A stretch of 64,000 bases of DNA from Dehalococcoidia bacterium (GTDB taxonomy: Bacteria; Chloroflexota; Dehalococcoidia; Lucifugimonadales; G965248475): the NCBI GenBank assembly GCA_965248475.1, contig OZ252106.1, positions 1,337,365 to 1,401,364 on the forward strand, written 5' to 3'. A program made the translations under genes and the position numbers. This document shows, in pieces, positions 18,812-28,654 of this stretch. Position 1 is the first letter of the stretch. Each line of letters begins with the position of its first letter. The notes under the pieces are model-generated. The model saw nothing but the letters and a program-made list of their open reading frames with translations, was not told where the DNA came from and did no database searches.

Positions 18812-19798
18812 ATGACCGACATCCTCACCGGCACCCCGCCCAATTTGACCTACCTGCACGAAGCCGTCCAGCAAGCCTGGATGGTGGTGTGGGTCGTCGT
18901 GGCTGCGGGCCTGGGGGTCATCCTGGCGTGGGCGGGCATCACCATGATCTTCCGGGAGCACCTGGGGGGTCACGACTTCGGCTGGAGGGAGCTGGTGCCC
19001 CGGTTGATGATCGCCGTGGTCGCCGCCTCCACCTCTCTGTGGTGGGGCTCCTTCATCATCGACCTGGCCGACAGCATATCCCGGTTCGTGGCCGTCTCGT
19101 TAGAGGTGACGGCGGGAGACCTGCTGAGAGCGCCCCTGGACGTGTTCCTCCAGGCCATCCAGGTGGGCAACACGGGACTGGCTCTGGCCCTGGCGCTGCT
19201 CTATCTCGTCTATGGATTCTTCATCCTCTACGTGATCGGCCAGTTCATCATCCGCCTCGCCCTCATCGACCTGCTGCTGGTGCTGGCTCCCGTGGCGTTG
19301 GGGCTGTGGGTCCTCCCCATGACCGCCGGGTGGGGCCGCTACTGGCTGAAGACCTTCCTGGTGACGGTGTTTCAGCAGTCGGTCCAGCTGGTCGCCCTGG
19401 CCCTGGCCATCGCCTTCCTGGACGACTTCGCCTCCATCGGTGCAGGCCAGCCGGTCAACGACTTCCTGTGGCAGCTGTTGATGAGCATCGCCTTCGTCTA
19501 CCTGACCACCAGGGTCCCCTCGATGCTTGGCACCACCGGGGTGTTCGACGCCTGGCTGCGCACCCTCCACTACGGGGCATCCATGCTCATGGCCCTCCCC
19601 AGGATGATGCACGCGGCGGGCATGGCAACCGGCGCTATGTCGGCTGCCGGTGCGATGAAGGCCGGGGCGGCAGGCAGTGGGGGCGGCGTTGGAAGCTGGC
19701 TCCCCGCTGCGGCGGGCCTCGCCAAGGGCGGCGGCGGAGGCGAAGCATCGACGGGCAACACGTCGGCGGGGATGCCGCCCCGCAGCATGAACGAGTGA
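18812..19798 (+). CDS. VirB6/TrbL-like polytopic membrane protein
   Basis: Multiple TM helices, IRLALIDLLLVLAPVAL..LP.T..W..YW, Gly/Ala-rich tail. Confidence 0.8.
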   Translation: MTDILTGTPPNLTYLHEAVQQAWMVVWVVVAAGLGVILAWAGITMIFREHLGGHDFGWRELVPRLMIAVVAASTSLWWGSFIIDLADSISRFVAVSLEVTAGDLLRAPLDVFLQAIQVGNTGLALALALLYLVYGFFILYVIGQFIIRLALIDLLLVLAPVALGLWVLPMTAGWGRYWLKTFLVTVFQQSVQLVALALAIAFLDDFASIGAGQPVNDFLWQLLMSIAFVYLTTRVPSMLGTTGVFDAWLRTLHYGASMLMALPRMMHAAGMATGAMSAAGAMKAGAAGSGGGVGSWLPAAAGLAKGGGGGEASTGNTSAGMPPRSMNE

Positions 19799-19861
19799 TC
19801 AACGGCCCCTGAGTGGGGGCCTCAATCAGCCGGCAACACAAAAGTGAGAAGGAGTTTACGC

Positions 19862-20149
19862 ATGAGCGATCTGATTCAGACCGTATCCAACATCGTGGGC
19901 ATCTTGTTAGCGATGGTGGGTGTCGTCGGCACGGGGTTCTTCATCTACGGGTCCTTCCTGTACCTCTCCGCCTCCGGCGCGCCCCACCAGATGGAGCGGG
20001 GCAAGAGCGCCATGTTCACGGCCCTGGCCGGGGTGGTGCTGGCGCTGCTGGCCTATGGGGTGATGAACCTCATCATCAACGCCGCCATCGGCAGTCCCGT
20101 GACCCCCGAATTGCCCAACCCGAGCAACCCGTCCGGCAACTCGTCTTAG
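19862..20149 (+). CDS. VirB2/TrbC-like pilin
   Basis: Two hydrophobic helices joined by SASGAPHQMERGKSA. Confidence 0.75.
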   Translation: MSDLIQTVSNIVGILLAMVGVVGTGFFIYGSFLYLSASGAPHQMERGKSAMFTALAGVVLALLAYGVMNLIINAAIGSPVTPELPNPSNPSGNSS

Positions 20150-20162
20150 GAGGTGTACGCCC

Positions 20163-22928
20163 TTGCGTGAACACGAAGTACCCACTCACTTGCAAACGGA
20201 GGACAAGGTCCTGCTGGGCCTGACCTTCCCCCAGATCGTAGCCATAGCCGCGGTCGTCGGGTTGGCCTACGGGCTATGGAAGCAGGCCGCCTTCCTCCCC
20301 GACGGCGCCTTCCGTCTGGGCGCCGCCATCGCCGTCGGCCTTCTGGGGCTGGCTATGGTGGCCGTGCGCCCCGGAGGGAGGGGGCTGCCCATAGTGATCT
20401 TGGACCTGCTCCGCTTCGCCCTTTCGCCCAAACGGTACGAGGGAGAGGTCACCGCGCTGCTCAACCCTCCGGTAGCAACGCCGCCCAAGCCCAAATCTCA
20501 AAAGAAGAAAGGACGCCGCAGACTGTGGAGGTTCCGGCTGAAGGGACTCCCCTTCAAGTGCCTGAGCCTCCTCCTGGCCGTGATGGTCATCCTGACCTCC
20601 ATCGCGCCGTCTGCGGCCCTTGCCGCTGGACCGGCGAGCGGCCCCGACCCCCAACGGCTCTTCATCGAGGCGTGGCGGGTGCGGGGCAACGAGGCCGAGC
20701 TGACCCTTCGTGCGGCAACGTCCCTGGAGGTGCAGGTCACCACCGAGACCCACGACCGCTACCGGCCCTTCTACACCCAGGGGGTCCTCTACCGGGGAGA
20801 GCCCCGGCAGTACACCATCCCCCTCACGGCAAACCACAAGGCCATCGTCATCTCCTGGCGGGACGCCCTGGGCAACGCCGGCATCCGAGTGCTGGACCAG
20901 AACAGCATTCCCTACCCCCTGCCAGGGCTGGAGACCGCCGACTGCGGCCTCTCCATGACCGAGGTGGGTTGGCGGCTGGGCAACGTCACGGGCCGCCTCT
21001 CCAGCGCCTGCAACAGCCGGGCGGAGGAGGTCGTCGAAGCCACTGTCCTCACCGACCCGGCGGACCCCGCCGCAGTGGTGAGCCGGAAGCTGCTCCTGGA
21101 TGCCGACGTCGCCGATGTGACCGGCGAGGTGTACCTGGCGACCTCGGCGGCCGGGTCTACCACCGGCCTGGCCTTCGCCCGGGACGGCGACATGCCCTTC
21201 AACTTCTCCCTCCCCCAGGAGGACCGCGTCCACCAGGTATCCCTTCGAGCGGACATCACGTCGACCCGTGTGATCCCCCTGCCGGGCAGGGTGGACCTCA
21301 CCCACAACGAGGAGCAGTCCCTCATCGAACGGATACCCGTCATAGGCTACTTTGCGGGCTTCTATCACACGGTGAGCTCGACCCTGAGCGCCTGGTTCGG
21401 CCCGGTGGTCCATACGGTCTCGGCCACTCTGAGCGCCTGGTTCGGGCCGGTGGTCCGCACCCTCTCGGCAACCCTGAGCGCGGCCTGGGGGGCCGTCACC
21501 CACACCGTGGGCGGGTGGATATCCGCAACCGTGGGCAAGTGGCTATCGGCCATCGTGAGCGCCGAGGTGTGGACCGTGCTCGGCGCAGTGCTTTCGGGCA
21601 CCGTGGGCAAGTGGCTATCGGCCGTCGTGAACGCCGAGGTGTGGACCATCCTGGGCGCGGTGCTTTCGGGCACCGTGGGAACCTGGCTCTCGGCCATCGT
21701 CGGAGCCACCGTCTGGACCACGGTGGGCTCATGGCTCTCCACGACGGTGGGCTCATGGGTCTCCACGACGGTGGGCTCGTGGGTCTCCAGGATCGTCGGC
21801 GTCACCGTCTGGACCACGGTCGGTTCATGGGTCTCCACCCTCGTCGGGGGCTTCACCACCGCCGTCAGTCACTGGGCAAACATCATCCTGGGCTGGCTGA
21901 GCTTCAATATATGGGTGCCCCAGGAGACGGCTTCTGGGTATGCCAGCGGCACCGCATCGGGCTACGCATCGGGAACGGCAACCGGCTACGCCAGCGGCAG
22001 CGCGACGGGCTACGCCTCCGGGACCGCGTCAGGCTACGCATCGGGAACCGCCTACGGCTACGCCTCCACCGAGGCTTCGAGCTATGCGTCGGGGACCGCC
22101 TACTCCTACGAATCGGAGTACGTATCGGGGACGGCCTCGGGCACCGCCATCGGCTACGCCGAGGACGAGGCGTCCACCTACGCGTCGGAGTATGTATCGG
22201 GGACGGCCTCGGGCACCGCCACCGGCTACGCCGAGGATGAGGCGTCCACCTACGCCACCACCGAGATCACCCTTCCCGCACAGACCGACCAGACGACCGT
22301 CAGCGAGACGGTCACCATCCCCGGCCAGACCCAGAGCCAGACGGTCAGCGAGACCGTCACCTTGCCGGGGCAGAGCCAGAGTCGGCACGTCAGCGAGGAC
22401 GTATGGGTGGAGGGCAAGGAGGTGACCCAGGAGGTGGACGTGGAGGTCGTCATCCCCGCCTACACCTCGGCCGAGGTGACGGAGCAGGAGCCCCTGGTGC
22501 GCCACTACCGGGACGTGCTCTCCACCGCCTTCCCCATCCTCTCGGACGCTCCATTCGAGGCATTGCCCGACCCGCCGGAGGACTCCGACATCCCCTCGGA
22601 GCCGGAGCAGTACCTCCAACTCATCGAGGACCAGGACGACGAGGATGAAGACGAGGACGACTCCACCAATCCCTACAAGGACGCCCTGGACCACATGGAG
22701 GACAACAACTACTTCGACCTCAGTCCCGACGAGGCGGCCAAGCTCCGCACCGAGCTCTACATGGCTTGGCTTGACAGCCTCTCCATCTCCATCGAGGCAA
22801 GACAGCTCATGGAGGATGAGGCCGGGGCCGTGGTCTCGGAGAGGAGCTATACCGCCGAGGAGATCCCCGGCGAAGCCATCCCAGGCCAGGAGGTCTTCCG
22901 GGAGCTGGTGGGACAGGAGTTGCGGTAG
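20163..22928 (+). CDS. PrgI-family N-terminus fused to a large exported beta-rich region with mirror-symmetric repeats
   Basis: HEVPTHLQTEDKVLLGLTFPQI + 2 TM (PrgI-like), internal signal-like segment, repeats at aa ~402-756, acidic tail. Confidence 0.8.
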   Translation: MREHEVPTHLQTEDKVLLGLTFPQIVAIAAVVGLAYGLWKQAAFLPDGAFRLGAAIAVGLLGLAMVAVRPGGRGLPIVILDLLRFALSPKRYEGEVTALLNPPVATPPKPKSQKKKGRRRLWRFRLKGLPFKCLSLLLAVMVILTSIAPSAALAAGPASGPDPQRLFIEAWRVRGNEAELTLRAATSLEVQVTTETHDRYRPFYTQGVLYRGEPRQYTIPLTANHKAIVISWRDALGNAGIRVLDQNSIPYPLPGLETADCGLSMTEVGWRLGNVTGRLSSACNSRAEEVVEATVLTDPADPAAVVSRKLLLDADVADVTGEVYLATSAAGSTTGLAFARDGDMPFNFSLPQEDRVHQVSLRADITSTRVIPLPGRVDLTHNEEQSLIERIPVIGYFAGFYHTVSSTLSAWFGPVVHTVSATLSAWFGPVVRTLSATLSAAWGAVTHTVGGWISATVGKWLSAIVSAEVWTVLGAVLSGTVGKWLSAVVNAEVWTILGAVLSGTVGTWLSAIVGATVWTTVGSWLSTTVGSWVSTTVGSWVSRIVGVTVWTTVGSWVSTLVGGFTTAVSHWANIILGWLSFNIWVPQETASGYASGTASGYASGTATGYASGSATGYASGTASGYASGTAYGYASTEASSYASGTAYSYESEYVSGTASGTAIGYAEDEASTYASEYVSGTASGTATGYAEDEASTYATTEITLPAQTDQTTVSETVTIPGQTQSQTVSETVTLPGQSQSRHVSEDVWVEGKEVTQEVDVEVVIPAYTSAEVTEQEPLVRHYRDVLSTAFPILSDAPFEALPDPPEDSDIPSEPEQYLQLIEDQDDEDEDEDDSTNPYKDALDHMEDNNYFDLSPDEAAKLRTELYMAWLDSLSISIEARQLMEDEAGAVVSERSYTAEEIPGEAIPGQEVFRELVGQELR
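21366..22430 (+). repeat. Nested mirror-image coding repeats (45-nt, 24-nt and 72-nt units)
   Basis: 3x15 aa (21366-21500), 14x8 aa (21504-21839), turn (21840-21926), 14x8 aa (21927-22262), 15-aa units from 22263. Confidence 0.9.
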
Positions 22929-23266
22929 TGCTGAGAACTATACAACGCATCGTGAGCCTGGCGGCGCTTATCGCCTTCGCCCTCTTCACCACCGGAGCGT
23001 CCCACGGAGAGGCTGGGGCGGAGATGCTGGAGGAGTACAACCGCCTCCTCAACATCTTCATCCTCATCGCCGGCATCCTGGCGGGCTTCAGCCTGGTGTG
23101 GGCCGCCTTCGTCCTCATGTGGGGCGAGCCGGAGAACCCCCACGCCAGGGGAAAGGCCAAGGGCGCTGTCATCGGAGCCATCTCCGGCCTGGTGCTGGTG
23201 CTCCTGGCCAAGGGCCTCATGGTGCTCCTGGTGGACAGCACCACGGTGCTGCTGCCGACGCGTTAG
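22928..23266 (+). CDS. Second pilin-like membrane protein
   Basis: Signal-like N-terminus then two TM joined by GEPENPHARGKAKGA. Confidence 0.7.
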   Translation: MLRTIQRIVSLAALIAFALFTTGASHGEAGAEMLEEYNRLLNIFILIAGILAGFSLVWAAFVLMWGEPENPHARGKAKGAVIGAISGLVLVLLAKGLMVLLVDSTTVLLPTR

Positions 23267-23300
23267 GAACCACAACAGCAAGAAGACTAAGGAGGAATGT

Positions 23301-23537
23301 ATGAGTACCGCAGACACGATCCTGTTTCTGGGCCTGGTGGCCCTGGCCTACTGGACCGAGGAGCCAAGGCTTCAGCTGATGGCCGGAGTCGTCGGGATCA
23401 TGGCCGGGCTGACGGCAGCGTCCCTGGCCCCGTCTCCCTTCGTCGGCGTGGCCGTCCTTGGCACCGGCGTCTACCTGGTGATAGCCGCCGTCCGCACCCT
23501 GCGCGCCGCCCGTCGAAGGCGGAAGGAGCAGTCCTGA
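23301..23537 (+). CDS. Small membrane protein
   Basis: AAGGAGG RBS, three hydrophobic segments, basic tail. Confidence 0.65.
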   Translation: MSTADTILFLGLVALAYWTEEPRLQLMAGVVGIMAGLTAASLAPSPFVGVAVLGTGVYLVIAAVRTLRAARRRRKEQS

Positions 23538-23713
23538 TGCGCAGCAAGCAAAGGAACGGCAAAGGGGTCGACCAGAAGGAGACCCAATCGACCAATGGAG
23601 CGAGCCCACGGCGGCGGAAGCGGCCCAAGAGGGGCCGCCACCTGCCCCGGCACCGCCTCCCGCAGAAGGCCGTCGTTCGCATACCACTCAAACCCCAGGA
23701 GGTGCGCCCATGA
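23537..23713 (+). CDS. 58-aa highly basic peptide
   Basis: ATG overlaps upstream TGA and its stop overlaps the VirB4 ATG; RRRKRPKRGRH. Confidence 0.45.
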   Translation: MRSKQRNGKGVDQKETQSTNGASPRRRKRPKRGRHLPRHRLPQKAVVRIPLKPQEVRP

Positions 23714-25995
23714 AACGTCGCAAGTTCAGACCCCTTCGACGCAGCACCGGCGAAGGTCTTCATCCCCCGTCGGCAGAACAGGCGCCGGTGACCACAGACG
23801 AAGCGCCTGCTGAACCCCAACAACCCCAACCCGACGGACATGCCCCAAAGAAACCCAAGACTCCGCCGTCTCTGACCCGCTACTTTCCGATAGCGGGGCT
23901 GCATGACGAGACCATCCTGCGTCTCGGCGGCGTGGAGGTCTCCGTCATGGAGGTGCGGGGCCTGGAGGTGGAGCAGCCCATCATGGGGGCCTTCGCCGCT
24001 GTCCTCAACGCATTGGACTTCCCCATTCAGCTCCTGGTGCGACAGCACCCGCCTCGGCTGGGCGCCCTCCGGGACGCCCTGGAAGAACGACGACCCTCAA
24101 ACCTGGCCGAGGGCGTTGCCCAGGCGTCGGCCTCTTTAGGGGAGTTCCTGGGAGAGCTTGAGGAGCGCCCCGGCGTCGTGGACCGGCGCTTTTACGCCAT
24201 CGCTCTAAAGGCGCGGGCCGACGAGCTTCAGGGCCTCCTCACCAGGGCGGGCTTCGCCGTCTTCCCGCTCAAGGACAGGGCTCTGCGGCTGCTGGTCGAG
24301 TCCACCCTGCGGGGATGCGCTCCACCGGCCCCATCATCGGAGTCCCCTATGGTCATCGGCCTCAGCAGAGGCCAGCTCGACATGGGAGAGCGCCTGGGAA
24401 GGAGCTACCAGCTGACCCGATGGCCCCGGACGCTTCCCCTGGGGTACATGCAGCGGGTGTTGGCCCTGGGCCTACCCATGGACCTGTCCCTACACATCTC
24501 GCCCATCGCCACCGCCCAGGCCGTAAGGACCCTGGAGTGGCAGCGGGTGAAGATGGAGTCGGGCATCGCCATCTCGCTACGGCGGGGCAGGACGGCCTCT
24601 CCGGAGACGGAGATCGCCCTGGAGGACGCCTCCCGTCTCAGGGACGAGGTACACCGGGGCAGGGAGCGCCTGTTCAACGCCTCTTTCTCCATCACCATCC
24701 ATGCAGGGACAGCAGACTCGCTGAAGGAGCGGGGGCAGCAGCTTCGGGGCCTCTTCGCCGGGTCCATGGCCGTCCTGGACGCCATGAGATTCCGGCAGCG
24801 CGACGGCCACCTCTCCACGCTGCCCCTGGCCCTGAACCCGGGGGGCTCCTGGCGCACGGTGGACACCTCGACCCTGAGCTTTCTCTTGCCCTTCGCGCCC
24901 CCCGACCTGGACACCCGCAAGGGCACCCTCTTCGGCCTGGACCTGCGGTCGGGATCGGTGGTCACCTTCGACCCCTTCGACGGGGCCTTCCTCAACGCCA
25001 ACACGGTGGTCATGGCCAGGAGTGGAGCGGGGAAGTCCTTCTCCACCAAGCTGGGCCTGCTCAGGGGCATATCCAGGGGCATCGTCTACTACGTCATCGA
25101 CCCCGAAGGGGAGTACGCATCCCTGGCCCAGGTCGCAGGGGGAAGGGTGCTGACCCCCGGCGTTGCCGGTCACGGGCTCAACCCCTTCGTGCTGGAAGAG
25201 GAGGATGAGAGCGAGGTCCTGCAACGGGTGGGCGGTCTCAGGAGACTCATCGAGGTCATGGTGGGAGAGCGCTTCTCCCCCGAACAGCGGGCCACACTGG
25301 ACGAGGCCCTTACCGCCTACTACACCACCCATCGGGCCGTCACCGGCTTCCAGGACTTCTTCATATTCCTCGAATCTCAGGGTTATAAGGGGATGGCATC
25401 TCTGCTGAGACCCTTCGCCACCGGCAGCCTGCGCCACCTGCTCACCGACCAGGGGGCAGACCTGCTGGGAACCGAGCTTCCCATCACCGTCTTCAACCTT
25501 CGCCTGCTGGAGCCGGAGCTGCGGCCCGCCGCAACGCTGGTGTGCGCCGAGGCGGTCTGGTCCATGGCTTCCAGGGACCCCAAGCCCAGGGTGCTGGTGG
25601 TGGACGAGGTGTGGAGCATCATGCAGCACCCCGAGGGGGCCTCTTCCCTGGTCTCCCTGGCCAAGCGAGCAAGGAAGCACCATCTGGGCCTCATCTCCAT
25701 CACCCAGGATGTCCAGGACTTCCTCAGCGAGGACACCAGTAGGCCCATCGTGGGCCATTCGGGAAGGGTGCTTCTCCAGAACTCCGCATTCAAGCTGCTG
25801 CTCCAGCAGGACGCGGCGGCGCTGAGAGCGGTCGGGGAGTCCTTCGACCTCTCGGAGACCGACGTCCAGTGGCTTCTCTCCTGTCCCAGAGGGGATGGGA
25901 TGCTGATCGCCCGGGGCGGCCGCTTCCCCGTCCGCATCCTGGCCACGACCGAAGAGCAGGGGCTCATTGACGCCCGGCCTGCTGTACACAGCTGA
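23710..25995 (+). CDS. virB4: VirB4-like conjugation ATPase
   Basis: ARSGAGKS, YVIDPEGEY, VLVVDEVW, KRARKH..ISITQ. Confidence 0.92.
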   Translation: MKRRKFRPLRRSTGEGLHPPSAEQAPVTTDEAPAEPQQPQPDGHAPKKPKTPPSLTRYFPIAGLHDETILRLGGVEVSVMEVRGLEVEQPIMGAFAAVLNALDFPIQLLVRQHPPRLGALRDALEERRPSNLAEGVAQASASLGEFLGELEERPGVVDRRFYAIALKARADELQGLLTRAGFAVFPLKDRALRLLVESTLRGCAPPAPSSESPMVIGLSRGQLDMGERLGRSYQLTRWPRTLPLGYMQRVLALGLPMDLSLHISPIATAQAVRTLEWQRVKMESGIAISLRRGRTASPETEIALEDASRLRDEVHRGRERLFNASFSITIHAGTADSLKERGQQLRGLFAGSMAVLDAMRFRQRDGHLSTLPLALNPGGSWRTVDTSTLSFLLPFAPPDLDTRKGTLFGLDLRSGSVVTFDPFDGAFLNANTVVMARSGAGKSFSTKLGLLRGISRGIVYYVIDPEGEYASLAQVAGGRVLTPGVAGHGLNPFVLEEEDESEVLQRVGGLRRLIEVMVGERFSPEQRATLDEALTAYYTTHRAVTGFQDFFIFLESQGYKGMASLLRPFATGSLRHLLTDQGADLLGTELPITVFNLRLLEPELRPAATLVCAEAVWSMASRDPKPRVLVVDEVWSIMQHPEGASSLVSLAKRARKHHLGLISITQDVQDFLSEDTSRPIVGHSGRVLLQNSAFKLLLQQDAAALRAVGESFDLSETDVQWLLSCPRGDGMLIARGGRFPVRILATTEEQGLIDARPAVHS

Positions 25996-26035
25996 GCTAC
26001 CCATAGCAACTCACCTTCAGAAAGGAGAAACCACC

Positions 26036-28654
26036 ATGAAACTGAACCCCATAGGCTGGCTGCTGGGCGGCCAAAAGGACAAGAAGCCCCCGGTGCTGCT
26101 GGCGGTGACGCCGCCCCGCACCGGGGAGCGCACCCTGCTGGGCGTGGAGAACCTGCTCCAGTCCATCGCGGTCCCTGAGCCCTTCTCGTTGGAGCTGGCG
26201 GGAGACGCCGACGGCGTGACCCTCATGGCCCGCTGCCGCGACGACGAGGTGGTCAAGGGCCAGATATCGGCCCACTACCCCCAGGCCCGCATCCAGGATG
26301 TGCCCCACGAGGAGGACCCCCTGCGCCTTGACGAGGGAGAGGAGGCGTGGGGCATGACCCTGGCCGCCGACGGCCCCGACTACCTTCCCCTCCGCACCTT
26401 CCGGGACGACGACCTGCTGGACCCCGGCTCAGACCCGCTCATCGCACTGATCGGGGCCTTGTCTACCTTGCACGACAAGGAACGCATCGTGGCCCGGCTG
26501 TTGCTCCGCTCCCTGGGACCAGACTGGTCGGCGGCCCACATGAACAAGGCCGTCAGGAACCCCGCCACAGAGCACAGGGACGCCTCCTACACCTATCAGA
26601 CCAAGCCCCTCCAGACCGACGCCGTCCTCATGATCGTCCTGGGCCTGGCGGCCCTCAGCGTCTTCCAGGGCTACTTCTGGGTACAGGGCGGGGAGACGTG
26701 GAAGGCCGTACTCCTGGCCGCTGGCGTGGCCTTGGGGACGGTCGTGGCGGGCTGGGGATGGTGGCGCTGGAGGCGGGCTCGCTCCCGCGTCCACGACCCG
26801 CTGTTGATCAAGGAGAAGGTCTCCCGCATCGCCTTCGGCGCGGAGCTTCAGGTCACCGCCATTCTGCCCAAAGACGCTAAGGAGCCACGTCGCCGCGCAA
26901 ATGAGCTGCTGAGCCGGGTGGCGGCGGCCTACCGCCACTACGACAACCCCGCAGGCGCTCGCTTCAGGGTGGGCAAGGTGCGGCCTACGGTGCCGGTCCC
27001 GTCCTTGCAGCCCGCTTCCACGGGGCTCTTCGGCAAGCGAAGCGTCCTGGGGGTGCGGGAGGTGGCCTGCCTGTGGCACCCGCCGGGGGCTAGAGACGAG
27101 ACCCCCCTGGTGGAGCGGTCGGGAGCACGGGTGCTCCTCCCCTCGGCCAGAGGCACCAGGGGCGGCGCTCTGGTGGGCCAGACCACGGCGGGCAATCCCC
27201 GGGATATCCACTTCCCCGACGATCTGCTGCACCGCCACCACCTCTACGTAGCCCGCACCCGCATGGGGAAAAGCACCCTCATGCACCACATCGTCTCCCA
27301 CAAGCTGAAACAGAAGGCCGAGGGCAAGGACCCCGACGCCATCGTCGTTGTCGATCCCCACGCCGACCTGGTGAGCGGGCTGCTGGGGCAGGTGCCCGAG
27401 TCCCTCGTCGACCGGGTGCGCCTCATCGACCTGGCCGACGATGCGGGGGCTCCCGGCATCAACCTGCTCGACACCAGAATATTTGCCGACAGGGACCGCA
27501 CCGCCGACTCGGTGGTACGGGTCGCCAAGGGCCTCTGGGACCAGTGGGGGCCGAGGATGCAGTCCATCCTGGAGCAGACCGTCAAGACCCTCCACGAGGC
27601 CAATGAGAGGATGGACGCCGATCAGCAATACACCATCCTGGACGGGCTCAGGCTCCTCTCCGACGACAAGTTCCAGGCCAAGGTGCTGGCCAAGGTGAGC
27701 GACCCCTACCTGCTTGAGTGGTGGAGCAGGGACTTCAGTAACTGGCACCGCCAGTACAAGGCGGAGGCTCTGGCCCCCGTCCAGACCCGCCTCTCCTACT
27801 ACGCCTCATCCAAAAAGGCACGGGCCATCCTGGGCCAGTCCCGCTCCACCATCGACATGCGCCAGCTGATCCTGGACGGCGGCGTGCTGCTGGTCTCCAC
27901 CTCCCAGGGAACGGCGGGCAGGGACGTGGCCGCCCTGGTGGGGGCCTCCATCCTGAACCTGGTGGACGCGGTGATTCGGGAGCAGGGAGCCCTGCCCCTG
28001 GAAAAACGCAGGGGCGTCCTGGTGGTGGTGGACGAGATGCAGTCCATGCCCGGCGTGGACTACGAGACCATGCTCTCCGAGCTGGGGAAGTTTGGGGCAT
28101 CGTTCATCCTCGCCACCCAGGGCCTGGCCAAGCTGGGCGACCTCTCCCGCACCATGCAGGACTCCATCATGTCCAACGTGGGCTGCCTGGCCGTCTTCCA
28201 GGTGGCGGGTAACGACGCAAGGACCCTGGTCTGGGAGCTGGGAAAGGACCGGGTCTCCGAGGATGACATCACCTCTCTGCCGGTGCACCACTGCTACGTG
28301 CGGGCCACCGTGGAGAAGGAGCGGCTCCCCGTCTTCTCCATGGCCGTCAGGAAGCCCGAGGCGGGAGACCCCGAAGTCGCCGCCCGCATCCGCGCCGCCA
28401 CTGCCGGCTACGCCACCCCGGTGAAGGAGATAGCAGCCGGCCAGGCCGAGTCGGAGCGGCTGGTGGAGCAGTACCGGGCGGCGATTGCGGCCCTGGAGAG
28501 GGGCAATAAGACCCCGCCCAGCAATGGCGCGGCTCCCAAGAAACGGGACAAGCCCTCCAAGCGGCGCAATCAGCGAACCAAGCGGGACAAGGCGGCTGGC
28601 GCAACCGAGACGAAGAAGGAGCAAGACGCTCCTGAAGAGGAGCAGGGCGCATGA
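26036..28654 (+). CDS. Type IV coupling protein (VirD4/TraG-like)
   Basis: Two TM, ARTRMGKS, VVVDPHAD, LVVVDEMQ, ILATQ. Confidence 0.88.
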   Translation: MKLNPIGWLLGGQKDKKPPVLLAVTPPRTGERTLLGVENLLQSIAVPEPFSLELAGDADGVTLMARCRDDEVVKGQISAHYPQARIQDVPHEEDPLRLDEGEEAWGMTLAADGPDYLPLRTFRDDDLLDPGSDPLIALIGALSTLHDKERIVARLLLRSLGPDWSAAHMNKAVRNPATEHRDASYTYQTKPLQTDAVLMIVLGLAALSVFQGYFWVQGGETWKAVLLAAGVALGTVVAGWGWWRWRRARSRVHDPLLIKEKVSRIAFGAELQVTAILPKDAKEPRRRANELLSRVAAAYRHYDNPAGARFRVGKVRPTVPVPSLQPASTGLFGKRSVLGVREVACLWHPPGARDETPLVERSGARVLLPSARGTRGGALVGQTTAGNPRDIHFPDDLLHRHHLYVARTRMGKSTLMHHIVSHKLKQKAEGKDPDAIVVVDPHADLVSGLLGQVPESLVDRVRLIDLADDAGAPGINLLDTRIFADRDRTADSVVRVAKGLWDQWGPRMQSILEQTVKTLHEANERMDADQQYTILDGLRLLSDDKFQAKVLAKVSDPYLLEWWSRDFSNWHRQYKAEALAPVQTRLSYYASSKKARAILGQSRSTIDMRQLILDGGVLLVSTSQGTAGRDVAALVGASILNLVDAVIREQGALPLEKRRGVLVVVDEMQSMPGVDYETMLSELGKFGASFILATQGLAKLGDLSRTMQDSIMSNVGCLAVFQVAGNDARTLVWELGKDRVSEDDITSLPVHHCYVRATVEKERLPVFSMAVRKPEAGDPEVAARIRAATAGYATPVKEIAAGQAESERLVEQYRAAIAALERGNKTPPSNGAAPKKRDKPSKRRNQRTKRDKAAGATETKKEQDAPEEEQGA

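Noticed and set aside
21927-22262. Ice-nucleation protein repeats (TASGYASG resembles AGYGSTxT)
   Set aside because: Only 14 octamers, no 16/48-residue InaZ hierarchy, and the count mirrors the Trp-rich arm, which a hairpin explains better
21366-22430. CRISPR array or DGR template/variable repeats
   Set aside because: Repeats are in-frame and codon-degenerate, with no unique spacers, no adenine-specific differences and no reverse transcriptase in the window
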